The notes under the pieces were generated by a model. That model did no database searches. It saw nothing but the letters and a program-made list of their open reading frames with translations, and was not told where the DNA came from. Of a DNA stretch of 64,000 nucleotides, positions 36,194-45,892 are shown piece after piece. Source of the DNA: an uncultured delta proteobacterium (GTDB lineage: Bacteria > Desulfobacterota > Desulfomonilia > Desulfomonilales > Desulfomonilaceae); contig CAWBKB010000004.1 in NCBI GenBank assembly GCA_963789265.1, positions 263,998 to 327,997 of the forward strand, given 5' to 3'. The first letter of the stretch is position 1, and every line of letters begins with the position of its first letter. The translations under genes and the position numbers were made by a program.

Positions 36194-37297
36194 CTAATGC
36201 GCACGCGAGTGGATGGGCATTGGTGGCGCATTCGCATCGTTTCGACCCTCATCAATTTCACGAGGCTGGAGTATGCTCGCCAGGTTGGTAACATTTTTAA
36301 CGTCTGCTGCCTTGGCAAATGTGTCGTCCACCAACCCTTGAATATCATTGTGATCCAGGAGCTTGAACCTAACCATCTGGTCCGCCAGAAACTGCATCTC
36401 GTCTGCTTTGGGAACAAATTTATCGTATACTATTCTGTTTGGCGGAGTCTTCAGAGCATATTCCACAAGATCGACCGGCTGGTTCCAATATTTGGAAGCT
36501 ATGTTTGCGGCCTCCTCGGGATGGCTTTTGGCCCAGTAGCCCGACCTCGCTGCACCTTGAACCAGCATTTCGACCCGCTCGGGATATTTTTTCGCGTAAT
36601 GTTGTTTTACCAGGAGAACATTGCAGATGAACCCGGGCCAAACCTGTTCGACGTAATACAGCACCTTCGATTCTCCCGTACGTATTGTTTTGGCGGCAAA
36701 AGGCTCGCCCACAAAATACGCGTCCAACGAACCGGAAGCCAGTGCCGCGGGCATGTCCGGAGGATTCATTTCCACAATGTTGAGATCTTGTCCCGTAATG
36801 CTGTATTTTTTCGCCAACATTCGGGCACACACGTTGTGACCCGAGTAACGTTGAGGCACTGCAATTGATTTGCCGGCCAGATCTGCAAAGGAATTGATCT
36901 TTAGATCTTTCCTGTAGACCAGGGTGCTCTCGTGACGATTGCCGATGTATACTACCTTCACTGCGACACCCTGCTGGTGCAGCACAATAGAGAGTGGAGC
37001 AATTATAAACGCGGCCTGTATATAATCGTTGCGAAGCGCTTCGCCCATGTCGGCAAAGGATGAAAATTTCAACGCCTCGAATCGAAGTCCCTTACTGTCC
37101 TTGCTCACATAGTCGAGAATCGGAGCCGCCAGATTGGTGATAACGGGCATGTACCCCATGCGGAGCACCTGCGCCGGATCGCTCTCATAGTTCAAAGTGT
37201 AGTGGAAATAGGAGATCAGTACGAGCCATCCAAAAGCGATCAAGCCGATCTTCCATCCGGTCGGCATGCAAACCGCGGGACCCAAGCTAAAGCGCAT
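36194..37297 (-). CDS. ABC transporter substrate-binding protein, NitT/TauT (nitrate/sulfonate/bicarbonate) family
   Basis: N-terminal anchor helix, then NMT1/SsuA-like LRMGYMPVITNLAAPI and YFVGEPFAAK regions. Third gene of the operon. Confidence 0.75.
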   Translation of the reverse strand: MRFSLGPAVCMPTGWKIGLIAFGWLVLISYFHYTLNYESDPAQVLRMGYMPVITNLAAPILDYVSKDSKGLRFEALKFSSFADMGEALRNDYIQAAFIIAPLSIVLHQQGVAVKVVYIGNRHESTLVYRKDLKINSFADLAGKSIAVPQRYSGHNVCARMLAKKYSITGQDLNIVEMNPPDMPAALASGSLDAYFVGEPFAAKTIRTGESKVLYYVEQVWPGFICNVLLVKQHYAKKYPERVEMLVQGAARSGYWAKSHPEEAANIASKYWNQPVDLVEYALKTPPNRIVYDKFVPKADEMQFLADQMVRFKLLDHNDIQGLVDDTFAKAADVKNVTNLASILQPREIDEGRNDANAPPMPIHSRAH

Positions 37298-38087
37298 AGT
37301 GGACTCCCAGCTCCTGGTAGACTTCTCGCCGAAGGTCCTCTAACTGAGAATCACATACAAAATCACGCGGATGAGGAGATTCCAACTTGGTGTCGAGCTT
37401 GACCCTCGCCGGACGATCCGTGAAAAGGACCACGCGATCGGCCATTATAAGCGCTTCCTCTATATCGTGGGTTATGAAGATGATCGTCTTGCCGATCAGT
37501 TGGTGCATATTGATTACTTCCTCCCGCATCTTGAGGCGAGTAAGGAAGTCCAGCCCGGCAAACGGCTCGTCCATAAACAGGACTTCGGGATTGACGACGA
37601 GCGCCCGCGCAAGTTCCGCGCGACGCTGCATGCCTCCAGACAACTGATGCGGATAGTGATCTTCAAAGCCGGTGAGATTCACCGCATCTATATATTCCTG
37701 AACCAACTCGGTCATCTTGCCGTTGTCTTTGACGTGGCGCAGGCCCAAGCCGACGTTCTCTCGTACAGTCATCCAGGGGAAAAGGCTATTGTGTTGGAAT
37801 ACGAAAATATTATCCGAGCTGGGCCCGACCACTTCCTTTCCGTCAATCAGGACGGACCCTGAAGTTAGTTTCTCAAAGCCGGCAATAATGTTCGCCAATG
37901 TGGATTTACCGCAACCTGAAGGGCCCAGGACGCAGACTAGTTCGCCGTCCTGAAATTCCAAATTGATGTTGTCGAGCACCTGTAGCGGTTCGCATCCAAG
38001 CATGTCCCGGTTCGATTTCCGCAAACGCCGCGCGTAGCGACTTTCTACAAAATGCTTACAAAGATCTTTGATACGCACATGTCCCAT
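37287..38087 (-). CDS. ABC transporter ATP-binding protein (NitT/TauT family)
   Basis: Walker A GPSGCGKST, signature LSGGMQRR and Walker B LFMDEPF. ATG 38087 lies 1 nt after the permease stop. Confidence 0.9.
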   Translation of the reverse strand: MGHVRIKDLCKHFVESRYARRLRKSNRDMLGCEPLQVLDNINLEFQDGELVCVLGPSGCGKSTLANIIAGFEKLTSGSVLIDGKEVVGPSSDNIFVFQHNSLFPWMTVRENVGLGLRHVKDNGKMTELVQEYIDAVNLTGFEDHYPHQLSGGMQRRAELARALVVNPEVLFMDEPFAGLDFLTRLKMREEVINMHQLIGKTIIFITHDIEEALIMADRVVLFTDRPARVKLDTKLESPHPRDFVCDSQLEDLRREVYQELGVHYAL

Positions 38088-38088
38088 T

Positions 38089-38883
38089 TCAAGTCGAGCC
38101 CCACGAGACGGATTTGATCCTCTTGAGTTGGCTGATAAGCCTGTCAAGGCAAATGCCGATAATGCCTATGGCTATCATCGCATCCATGACGTAATCCATG
38201 CGAAGTGCATTTCGCGAATCGAGAATCAAGTAGCCCAAGCCCGATTTCACGGCAATCATCTCAGCAGCCACCACGACGAGCCAAGCAATGCCCAGGCTTA
38301 TACGAAGCGCAGGCAGGATGGAGGGAAGTATAGCGGGAAAGATTAGTTTTGTCCCCATTTCGAGCTTTGTGAAATTAAAGTTTGCCGCGACTTGAAAGTA
38401 GATAGGGTTGATTCGGTTGACTGCTGTGATGGTAGAGATCAGCAGTGGAAAGAAGCTTGATAAGAAAATAAGAAATATTGCAGGCTTGTCACCTATCCCA
38501 AACCACAGCATGGCCAGCGGGATCCACGCGAGGGGCGAAATCGGCCTCAGGAACTCAATCATCGAATTGAAAAGAACTTGCCCGCTTTCCCACCAACCCA
38601 GAATTATGCCAAGGGGGATTGCAACAATTACCGCCAAATAGAATCCCACGGTCACTCGAAAGAGACTGGCCACCGAGTGCTTCAGAAGAGTCCCGTTCAG
38701 AATAAGGTCCCACATGCCCCATGCCGCCCCGCGAGGCCCGGGAAAAACCGCGGGGCTCCAGCCGCTGTACAGCGCCAGCAGTTCCCAGACGGCCCCTACG
38801 GCGACGAATACCAGGAGAGGGAGGAAGAATCGCCTTAGTCGGTCATAGTGCATGTCTTGTCCCGGTAGAGCCTGGGTAGGCAT
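38089..38883 (-). CDS. ABC transporter permease (NitT/TauT family)
   Basis: Six hydrophobic segments and an EAA-like loop (VAAEMIAVKSGLGYLI). Confidence 0.85.
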   Translation of the reverse strand: MPTQALPGQDMHYDRLRRFFLPLLVFVAVGAVWELLALYSGWSPAVFPGPRGAAWGMWDLILNGTLLKHSVASLFRVTVGFYLAVIVAIPLGIILGWWESGQVLFNSMIEFLRPISPLAWIPLAMLWFGIGDKPAIFLIFLSSFFPLLISTITAVNRINPIYFQVAANFNFTKLEMGTKLIFPAILPSILPALRISLGIAWLVVVAAEMIAVKSGLGYLILDSRNALRMDYVMDAMIAIGIIGICLDRLISQLKRIKSVSWGST

Positions 38884-38906
38884 GATGGGTTTTTGGGACG
38901 GATAAG

Positions 38907-39319
38907 AAACAGCAAGTTGTTCTTAAACGTTCACGCACGGTTGGCGAGGCACTGTCATTGCGTCCGGCTTCTAGCGGGATGAAGCAATCCCTTCTTCGGT
39001 TGGACAGGCATCTTGCCCGTCATTTAGCGACAGGCAGGATGCCTGTCCAACCAAGATCCTAAGCTGGACTCCGGACTTGGGATCGTAAGTGACGGCTTCA
39101 TCTTCGCAAATCAAACAAGAATTTCGACAATTATTGTAGCAGCTTTCCTGTGAACAGGAAACGGCGAGTTCTGTTTAAACGTTCAAGTGCGGATGGCGAG
39201 AGATTGTCATTGCGACTCCGGCCTCCAGTGGGACGAAGAAATCTCTTCTTCGGTGGGACGGGCATCTTGCCCGTCATTAAGCGACAGGCAGGATGCCTGT
39301 TCCACCAAGATCTCAAGCT
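38907..39319. repeat. Two direct copies (about 160 bp each, 252-bp period) of a composite REP module
   Basis: Unit 1 is about 38907-39066 and unit 2 about 39159-39319. Both read aaac.gc.agtt.t.tttaaacgttca...gtcattgcg...gac.ggcatcttgcccgtcatt.agcgacaggcaggatgcctgt.c.accaagatc. Confidence 0.75.
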
Positions 39320-39336
39320 CATAATGCACCCAGCAA

Positions 39337-41088
39337 TCACCCCTCGGAGAACCCAAGGGACTTCATATAGTGTTTCAGGGAGTATCGCGATATGCCCAAA
39401 AGGCGAGCAGCGCCGGTTCTGCTGCCGCCAGACTTGTGTAGGGCCTGGTTTACCAGAAACCGTTTTACTTCCTGGGTAATTTCATTCAGAGAGTCATCGC
39501 ATGGAAAACAGACAGTGAAGGCCGACTTGCTGTTGCCATTGTTGGCCTCCTCCCGCGGACGTAGCCCTATGTCTGCAACATCGAGGTCTTTCCCTTGCGA
39601 GAGTATCAAATCTCTTTCCAGTACATTGCGCAACTCTCTCACATTACCGGGCCAACTGTACTTTTTGAGGGCGTTCATGGCTGCGGGGGTAACCGCGGGT
39701 GTCTGCTGAAGGTGCAGTTCATTCCGAAGTTGGAACAGAATTTCCTGAACCAGGACTGGGATGTCTTCTTGCCTGTCTCGAAGCGGCGGGAGCCTAATGG
39801 TCATCACGTTGAGCCTGAAGTAAAGGTCCTTTCGAAACCGACTCTCCAGCACTTCTTTCTCCAGGTCCCTGTTGGTGGCTGCAATAAGTCTTGCATTGAC
39901 TGTGATCTCCTTTTCGCCGCCCACCCTGGTAAATTTGCGGGTGTCAAGGAACGTCAGCAGCTTTGCCTGCAAAGCGAGGGAAAGTTCGCCAATCTCGTTT
40001 AACAGCAGGGTGCCGCCTTCTGCCAATTCAAGGAGACCCCGTTTTCGGCTGTGCGCTCCCGTAAAAGCACCCTTCTCATGACCGAAGAGTTCCGATTCCG
40101 CAAGCTGGGGTGCTATTGCAGCACAGTTCACGGAAAGATAGGGGCCGTTGGAGCGATCCGAACGGTTATGAATGTACTGCGAGAGGTAGTCCTTTCCGCT
40201 GCCGCTCTCGCCGGCAATCAAAATGATACTTGCCCTCTTGGCAACCATAGCCGCCTTACTCAGAGTGGATCGCATTGCCTTGGAGGGATAGTTTCCCGCT
40301 ATTTCGGGAGAAGGTTCACGCCTCTTCCGGTCAGTGATATCGCGAGATATGCCCAAGATACCCATGATCTCCCCGGACTCGTCTCTTAGCGGAACCCTGG
40401 TGTCGAGGAAGGTCATCGAGACGCCATTAATACTCCTGGTGTTTTCCTCCTCTATTGTCTCTCCGGTCAAGACACGCATCTCTATTTCTCCGATACGATC
40501 GGAACCGTCGTGGCCGAACAAATTTTCGTACCGGAGCCCAATGATTTCAGATGCAGGACGTCCTACGAGCCGTTCATAGGCTGGGTTCACATCGATATAT
40601 CTCAACGACCAATCCTTTAAGAAAATGTAGTCCTCAGCTTTTTCAAAGATCGTTCTGAATCGCCGTTCGCTTTGGCGCAAAGCTTCCTGGGCTCGCTTAT
40701 GTTTAAACGACAGATCCCATTCCCGTAGGGCTCGCTCGGCGATGCGAGGCATGGCAGTGAAAGCAGACGGTGACTTCACCACATAGTCTAAGGCACCCGC
40801 TTTCATAGCCTCAACCGCGATCTTTTCGTTCCCGTGGCTGGTCATCAGAATAAAGGGGAAAAGTTCCCTGTCAGACGGCAGAAGATCAATGCCTTTGCCG
40901 TCCGGTAATAGCCAATCGGCTATGACAAGATGAGGGGTAGACTTCTCCAGAGACGCCACTGCCTCTTGGATGCTGGGGACCCACTCCAACTGGACAATGG
41001 TGCAGTTTTTCCGAAACGCACGACGCACTGCTTCTGCATGTGCCTCGTCATCTTCGACCAGCAATATGTTGACGGTTTCCCTCGCCAT
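39337..41088 (-). CDS. Sigma-54-dependent transcriptional activator (REC-PAS-AAA+-Fis HTH)
   Basis: NILLVEDDEAHAE receiver, Walker A GESGSGKD, GAFTGA loop (EKGAFTGA) and C-terminal HTH AARLLGISRYSLKHYMK. Confidence 0.9.
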   Translation of the reverse strand: MARETVNILLVEDDEAHAEAVRRAFRKNCTIVQLEWVPSIQEAVASLEKSTPHLVIADWLLPDGKGIDLLPSDRELFPFILMTSHGNEKIAVEAMKAGALDYVVKSPSAFTAMPRIAERALREWDLSFKHKRAQEALRQSERRFRTIFEKAEDYIFLKDWSLRYIDVNPAYERLVGRPASEIIGLRYENLFGHDGSDRIGEIEMRVLTGETIEEENTRSINGVSMTFLDTRVPLRDESGEIMGILGISRDITDRKRREPSPEIAGNYPSKAMRSTLSKAAMVAKRASIILIAGESGSGKDYLSQYIHNRSDRSNGPYLSVNCAAIAPQLAESELFGHEKGAFTGAHSRKRGLLELAEGGTLLLNEIGELSLALQAKLLTFLDTRKFTRVGGEKEITVNARLIAATNRDLEKEVLESRFRKDLYFRLNVMTIRLPPLRDRQEDIPVLVQEILFQLRNELHLQQTPAVTPAAMNALKKYSWPGNVRELRNVLERDLILSQGKDLDVADIGLRPREEANNGNSKSAFTVCFPCDDSLNEITQEVKRFLVNQALHKSGGSRTGAARLLGISRYSLKHYMKSLGFSEG

Positions 41089-41102
41089 TTCGGAGCCCCT
41101 TT

Positions 41103-41561
41103 TCAGCCGGCTGTATCTTGAACAAAGGGATTGACGTTCCACCCCAGCCAGTAGAATCCCAGTTCTCGCATCAGTTCAGTGAACTTTTTGAAATCCAGCG
41201 GTTTGGACAGGTAACTGTTCGCATAATGATCGTACGCCATGGCCACGTCATTCTCTTCCTCGGAACTCGTCAAGACCACAACCGGAATTCGGCGTAGCTC
41301 TTCGCTTTCTTTTATCTCTTTGAGGACGTCCAAGCCGTCTATCTTCGGTAAACGGAGATCCAGAAGGATCAAGTGCGGTCGGGGACTTTTCTTGGAATCG
41401 GTGTATTTTCCTCGTCGGAAGAGGTAATCCAGGGCCGCTTCTCCATCAGTTACGTGTAGAACAGGGTTGGCCACATGGTTTGCTCTGAGACTCCGCTTAA
41501 CCATCTCTGCATGGTCCTCGTTGTCTTCCACCAACAAAATCATCAAGCTTTCACCTTTCAT
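41103..41561 (-). CDS. Single-domain response regulator (Rcp1-like)
   Basis: MILLVEDNEDHAE, HLILLDLRLPKIDG, VVVLTSS and SYLSKP motifs. Start ATG 41561 lies 8 nt after AGGAG. Confidence 0.85.
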   Translation of the reverse strand: MKGESLMILLVEDNEDHAEMVKRSLRANHVANPVLHVTDGEAALDYLFRRGKYTDSKKSPRPHLILLDLRLPKIDGLDVLKEIKESEELRRIPVVVLTSSEEENDVAMAYDHYANSYLSKPLDFKKFTELMRELGFYWLGWNVNPFVQDTAG

Positions 41562-41634
41562 GGCCATGACTCCTTTCATTCGACCACAGGAATGCTGTTT
41601 GTTTCTCTCGCCCTTCAGTTGAGAGTCACGCTCC

Positions 41635-42093
41635 TCAGCCGGCCCCTTCTCCTGCTGAGGGATTGACGTTCCAGTCGAGCCAGTAAGATTCAAGCTCTCG
41701 CATCAGTTCGGAGAGTTTCCTAAACTCTAACGGTTTCACCAGATAACTGTTTGCATGATAATCATAAGCCATGTTTACGTCGCTCCCTGCCTGGGAACTT
41801 GTCAAAACCACAACCGGAATTCGGCGTAACCCTTCGGTCTGTTTTATTTCCTTGAGGACCTCCAAGCCATCTACCTTGGGTAAGCGAAGGTCCAAGAGAA
41901 CCAGATGGGGCCGCGGACTTTTGTGCGGATCGCTGTATTGGCCTCGTCGCAGGAGGTAATCCAGCGCAGTTTCTCCATCGGTCACATGATGAATCAAGTG
42001 GGATGTCTTGGGAGGCTTGAAACTGCGCATTACTATCTCCGCATGATCTTCGTTATCCTCGACCAGCAAAATCATTAGAGCTTCACCATCCAT
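41635..42093 (-). CDS. Single-domain response regulator (Rcp1-like), tandem paralogue of 41103..41561
   Basis: 152 aa and colinear with the neighbouring receiver. ATG 42093 lies 7 nt after GGGAGG. Confidence 0.85.
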   Translation of the reverse strand: MDGEALMILLVEDNEDHAEIVMRSFKPPKTSHLIHHVTDGETALDYLLRRGQYSDPHKSPRPHLVLLDLRLPKVDGLEVLKEIKQTEGLRRIPVVVLTSSQAGSDVNMAYDYHANSYLVKPLEFRKLSELMRELESYWLDWNVNPSAGEGAG

Positions 42094-42106
42094 GGTCTTG
42101 CCTCCC

Positions 42107-45100
42107 TTACTCACCACCAAACGATACAGGACGAGGCAAAGTAAAACAAAACGCGGAGCCCTTTCCCATGCCTTCGGATTCTACCCAAATGCGGCCTCCA
42201 TGCACTTCGACTATTCGCTTGACCAGGGCCAGTCCGATCCCGGTCCCTTCAGTGTTTTGATCCAACTTATTAAACAGCCCGAATACTTTCTCCTGGTATA
42301 GAGGGTTGATACCTATTCCGTTGTCTCTAACAAAAAGAACCGTCTCTCCGCCATCCTTTCGGCTGCCAACTTCGATCTTCGGAAGCGACTGATTGCCCAT
42401 GAATTTCACTGAATTTTCTATCAGGTTTTGAAATACTTCCAGAACACGCGGTCGGTCAACGTACAGGACGGGCAGGTCCCGAGCTATATTCACTTCCAGC
42501 CCGTGTTGCGGAATTCTTCCGGACAGTAGTTCCAGAGCTTCATTTGCCAGGTCCCTCATAGGTACTTCCGACGGCGGATTGAACATCCGGCCAACTCGCG
42601 AAAGTTCCAGAATCTCGCCCAGTAGCTGTCCCATCTTTTCGGCTGCCTTGTCGATACGATTTAAGTCGGATTTCACATCTTCCATATTCCCGTTGGCGAT
42701 GTTCTCATCGACAAATCCCAAGAAAGTCCGGATGGTGATCAGGGGGCTCCTCAAGTCGTGAGAAACCGAATAGGTGAATCGTTCCAATTCGGCGTTCTTG
42801 GCTTCCAATTCCGTAATCAATCTTTCGCGCTCTATCTCGGCTAGTTTTGCCTCTGTGATGTCCCTGTCGAATCCGGCGACCCCGCCAACTATGCCGTTGG
42901 AGTCAAGAACAGGGTAGAAACTGGTGTAATAGAATCGGCCGTCTTTCTCGTCGTCGAATCGAACTGCAATGCCGCTTTGAATTACTTCATCAAATTTCGC
43001 CCTGCTCTTGGCCTCAACAGCCGGCGCCAATATATCAGAGAGAGGCTTCCCTAAAAGCTCGTGACTGCTCTTCCCCATTCTTGTCGCGGTCGCTTCGTTC
43101 AAGGCAACAAAAGACCAGTCCGCGGACAGGAGGAAAACGGAATCTGTGCTGGCATTAAGTATCGCCTCGATATCCCTGTTTCTTTTTGCCAGGGCTTCTT
43201 CTGCCTTCTTGCGAGCACTAATATCGCGAGCTGCTGCAAACAAGCCGATAACATTGCCCGCCTCGTCGGAATAGACAGACGCATTGTAGGTCACCTGGGT
43301 CAGTTCCCCGCTCTTGTGCCGGATCTCCAATTCATAATCCCGCACGGAGCCATCCCTGAAAGCCTGTTGATATCCTTCTCTTGCCCTTGAAGAATCAGTG
43401 AAATAGTCGGCGAAATCGGTGCCGATGAGTTCGTCTCGCGAACAACCGGTGACTCGCTCGGTCCCGGTGTTGACGTCCGTGATCTTTCCGTCCGCGCTGA
43501 TTGTGACTAGAGGATCCAGACTGGCCTCGATGAGGCTGCGGTTATATGCACTGGCTGCCTGCAAGGCTTCTTCGGCACGCTTACGGTCACTCATATCGCG
43601 AGCCGCTGCAAAGACACCTTTTATCTCGCCTGACTCGTCCTGGTATACCGACGCGTTGTACATAACCGGAGTTAATTGGCTGTTTTTGTGACGGATCTCC
43701 AATTCATAGTCCTTCACCAAACCGTCTCTGAAGACCTGCTGGTATCCGGCCCTGGCCTTTTCCGGATCGGTGAAATAGTCGGCAAAATCCGTTCCGATGA
43801 GTTCAATTCTTGAACAACCGGTGACTCGTTCGGTGCCTGTGTTGACGTCGGTGACCTTTCCTTCGGCACTGATAGTGACCAGAGGGTCCAGACTGGCCTC
43901 GATGAGGCTGCGGTTATACGCGCTGGCCGCCTGCAATGCCTTTTCGGCACGCTTACGGTCGCTCATGTCGCGAGCTGCCGCAAACACACCCGTAATTTCT
44001 CCGGACTCGTCACGATACACGGAGGCATTGTACATTACCGGCGTCAACTGCCCGTGCTTATGGCGGATCTCCAATTCGTAGTCCTTCACCAAACCGTCTC
44101 TGAAGACCTGCTGGTACCCGGCCCTGGCTTTTTCGGGATCGGTGAAATAGTCCGCGAAATCCGTATCGATGAGTTCAATTCTTGAATAACCTGTGACTCG
44201 CTCGGTCCCGGTATTGACGTCTGTGATCTTTCCTTCGGCACTGATAGTAACCAGAGGGTCTAAACTTGCCTCGATGAGACTGCGGTTATATGAGCTGGCT
44301 GCCTGTAAAGCCTTTTCAGCACGCTTCCTCTCGGTGATGTCCCGGGCTGCGGCAAAAAGGCCGGTAATTCTGCCCGATTCATCCCGGTACACCGACGCGT
44401 TGTACATGACGGGAGTCAATTCTCCGTTCTTGTTACGGATCTCCAATTCATAGTCTCTCACCGAACCGTCCCTGAAAGCCTGCTGGTATCCCTCCCTAGC
44501 TCTCGATGGATCGGTGAAATAATTTGCGAAGTCAGTGTCGATCAGCTCTTCTCTGGAATAGCCTGTAACCCGCTCCGTTGCCGTATTGACGTCTGTGACC
44601 TTTCCTTCCCCGCTGATCGTCACCAGTGGATCCAAACTTGCTTCAATGAGGCTGCGATTGTATGCACTGGCCCCCTGCAAGGCCCTTTCAGCGGCCTTCC
44701 TCTCGGTAATGTCCCGGGCGGCGGCAAAAAGGCCCGTAATTGTGTCGGCCTCGTCCCGGTACACTGACGCGTTGTACATTACCGGAGTTAAATCTCCGTT
44801 TCTGTGACGGATCTCCAATTCATAATCCGTTACCGAACCATCTCTGAAAGCCTTTTGATAGCCAGTCCTGGCTTTCCGAGGATCGGTGAAGTAGTCCGCG
44901 AAGTCCGTCCCAATGAGTTCGTTTCGTGAACGACCTGTCACTCGCTCTGTAGCAGTGTTTACATCGGTGACTTTTCCTTCCGCGCTGATTGTAACTAGTG
45001 GGTCCAGGCTCGCTTCAATCAAACTGCGGCTGTATGCACTGGCCCTCTGCAGTGCCTCTTCGGCACGCTTCCGGTCGCTGATGTCGCGGGCGATGGTCGA

Positions 45101-45892
45101 AGCTCCGACGATTTCACCAGCCTGATTCTTGATCGGTGAGACGGTGACGGAAACATCGATTAGCGTGCGAGCTTTATCAATTCGCTTGGTTTCATAGTGT
45201 TCGACGATGCCGCTTTCTTTGATCCTGGCGAGGATTGTAGGTATTTCGTCCCGGCGGTCGGACGGCACCACGACGGAAATGGACTTACCAATGGCTTCCT
45301 CAGCCGAATAACCGTACATTTTTTCGGCAGCAGCGTTCCAACTGAGGATGTTGCCTTCCAGCGTCTTTCCGATTATGGCGTCATCCGAGGATTCCACTAT
45401 GGATGCCAAGAATGCTCTATCCGCGCTCGCTTCGATCAGGCTTCGGCTATATTCGCTGGCCCTCTGCATTGCCTCTTCTGCACGCTTTTTGTCACTTATG
45501 TCGCGAGCGATGGTCGAAGCTCCTACAATTTCACCCTTGTAATCCTTAATTGGGGAGACGGTCACAGAAACATCAATTTGTCCCCCTTCCTTATTCATGC
45601 GTTTGGTCTCATAATGTTCGACTCGTTCACCCTGCTTAATTCTAGCAAGAATTTTGGGTATTTCTTCCGGGTGATCAGGCGGCACAACGATGAAAATAGA
45701 TTTACCTATAGCCTCTTCTGCGGAGTAGCCGTACATTTTCTCGGCTGCATGGTTCCAGGTGAGGATGATGCCGTCGAGCGTCTTTCCGATGATGGCGTCA
45801 TCCGAGGATTCCACTATGGAAGCCAAGTAGGCCTTCTCCGCTAAGACATTGCCCTGTACCGGGGCCGTACCGAAATCACGTACATCCGCCAT
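42107..45892 (-). CDS. Cytoplasmic multi-PAS sensor histidine kinase (8 PAS, HisKA, HATPase_c)
   Basis: 1261-aa ORF with no hydrophobic segments. H-box FTYSVSHDLRSPL, N-box LIENSVKF, G1 DNGIGI and G2 GTGIGLAL. Confidence 0.9.
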   Translation of the reverse strand: MADVRDFGTAPVQGNVLAEKAYLASIVESSDDAIIGKTLDGIILTWNHAAEKMYGYSAEEAIGKSIFIVVPPDHPEEIPKILARIKQGERVEHYETKRMNKEGGQIDVSVTVSPIKDYKGEIVGASTIARDISDKKRAEEAMQRASEYSRSLIEASADRAFLASIVESSDDAIIGKTLEGNILSWNAAAEKMYGYSAEEAIGKSISVVVPSDRRDEIPTILARIKESGIVEHYETKRIDKARTLIDVSVTVSPIKNQAGEIVGASTIARDISDRKRAEEALQRASAYSRSLIEASLDPLVTISAEGKVTDVNTATERVTGRSRNELIGTDFADYFTDPRKARTGYQKAFRDGSVTDYELEIRHRNGDLTPVMYNASVYRDEADTITGLFAAARDITERKAAERALQGASAYNRSLIEASLDPLVTISGEGKVTDVNTATERVTGYSREELIDTDFANYFTDPSRAREGYQQAFRDGSVRDYELEIRNKNGELTPVMYNASVYRDESGRITGLFAAARDITERKRAEKALQAASSYNRSLIEASLDPLVTISAEGKITDVNTGTERVTGYSRIELIDTDFADYFTDPEKARAGYQQVFRDGLVKDYELEIRHKHGQLTPVMYNASVYRDESGEITGVFAAARDMSDRKRAEKALQAASAYNRSLIEASLDPLVTISAEGKVTDVNTGTERVTGCSRIELIGTDFADYFTDPEKARAGYQQVFRDGLVKDYELEIRHKNSQLTPVMYNASVYQDESGEIKGVFAAARDMSDRKRAEEALQAASAYNRSLIEASLDPLVTISADGKITDVNTGTERVTGCSRDELIGTDFADYFTDSSRAREGYQQAFRDGSVRDYELEIRHKSGELTQVTYNASVYSDEAGNVIGLFAAARDISARKKAEEALAKRNRDIEAILNASTDSVFLLSADWSFVALNEATATRMGKSSHELLGKPLSDILAPAVEAKSRAKFDEVIQSGIAVRFDDEKDGRFYYTSFYPVLDSNGIVGGVAGFDRDITEAKLAEIERERLITELEAKNAELERFTYSVSHDLRSPLITIRTFLGFVDENIANGNMEDVKSDLNRIDKAAEKMGQLLGEILELSRVGRMFNPPSEVPMRDLANEALELLSGRIPQHGLEVNIARDLPVLYVDRPRVLEVFQNLIENSVKFMGNQSLPKIEVGSRKDGGETVLFVRDNGIGINPLYQEKVFGLFNKLDQNTEGTGIGLALVKRIVEVHGGRIWVESEGMGKGSAFCFTLPRPVSFGGE
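43181..45040 (-). repeat. Intragenic tandem array: five 372-bp (124-aa) PAS-domain units
   Basis: The unit starts S(A/S)Y(N/S)RSLIEASLDPLVTIS and ends ...FAAARD(I/M).(E/D/A)RK(R/A/K)AE.AL. Periodicity was checked at the DNA level: ccttcaccaa occurs at 43711 and 44083. Confidence 0.85.

Noticed and set aside
36197-36868. 223-aa plus-strand ORF overlapping the ABC substrate-binding protein gene
   Set aside because: It is antisense to a gene that fits the operon structure (overlapping stop/start with the ATPase gene). It has no motifs of its own.
2677-39319. Possibility that the recurring palindromic repeats form a CRISPR array
   Set aside because: The copies are dispersed over tens of kilobases in both orientations, with no regular repeat-spacer periodicity. 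The only tandem pair (38907-39319) has just two long composite units. No cas genes are present.
43061-45844. Series of plus-strand ORFs (43419.., 43797.., 44193.., 44586.., 44913.., 45197..) with similar translations
   Set aside because: They are antisense to the kinase gene and repeat only because the PAS-coding DNA repeats. They have no RBS or independent motifs.
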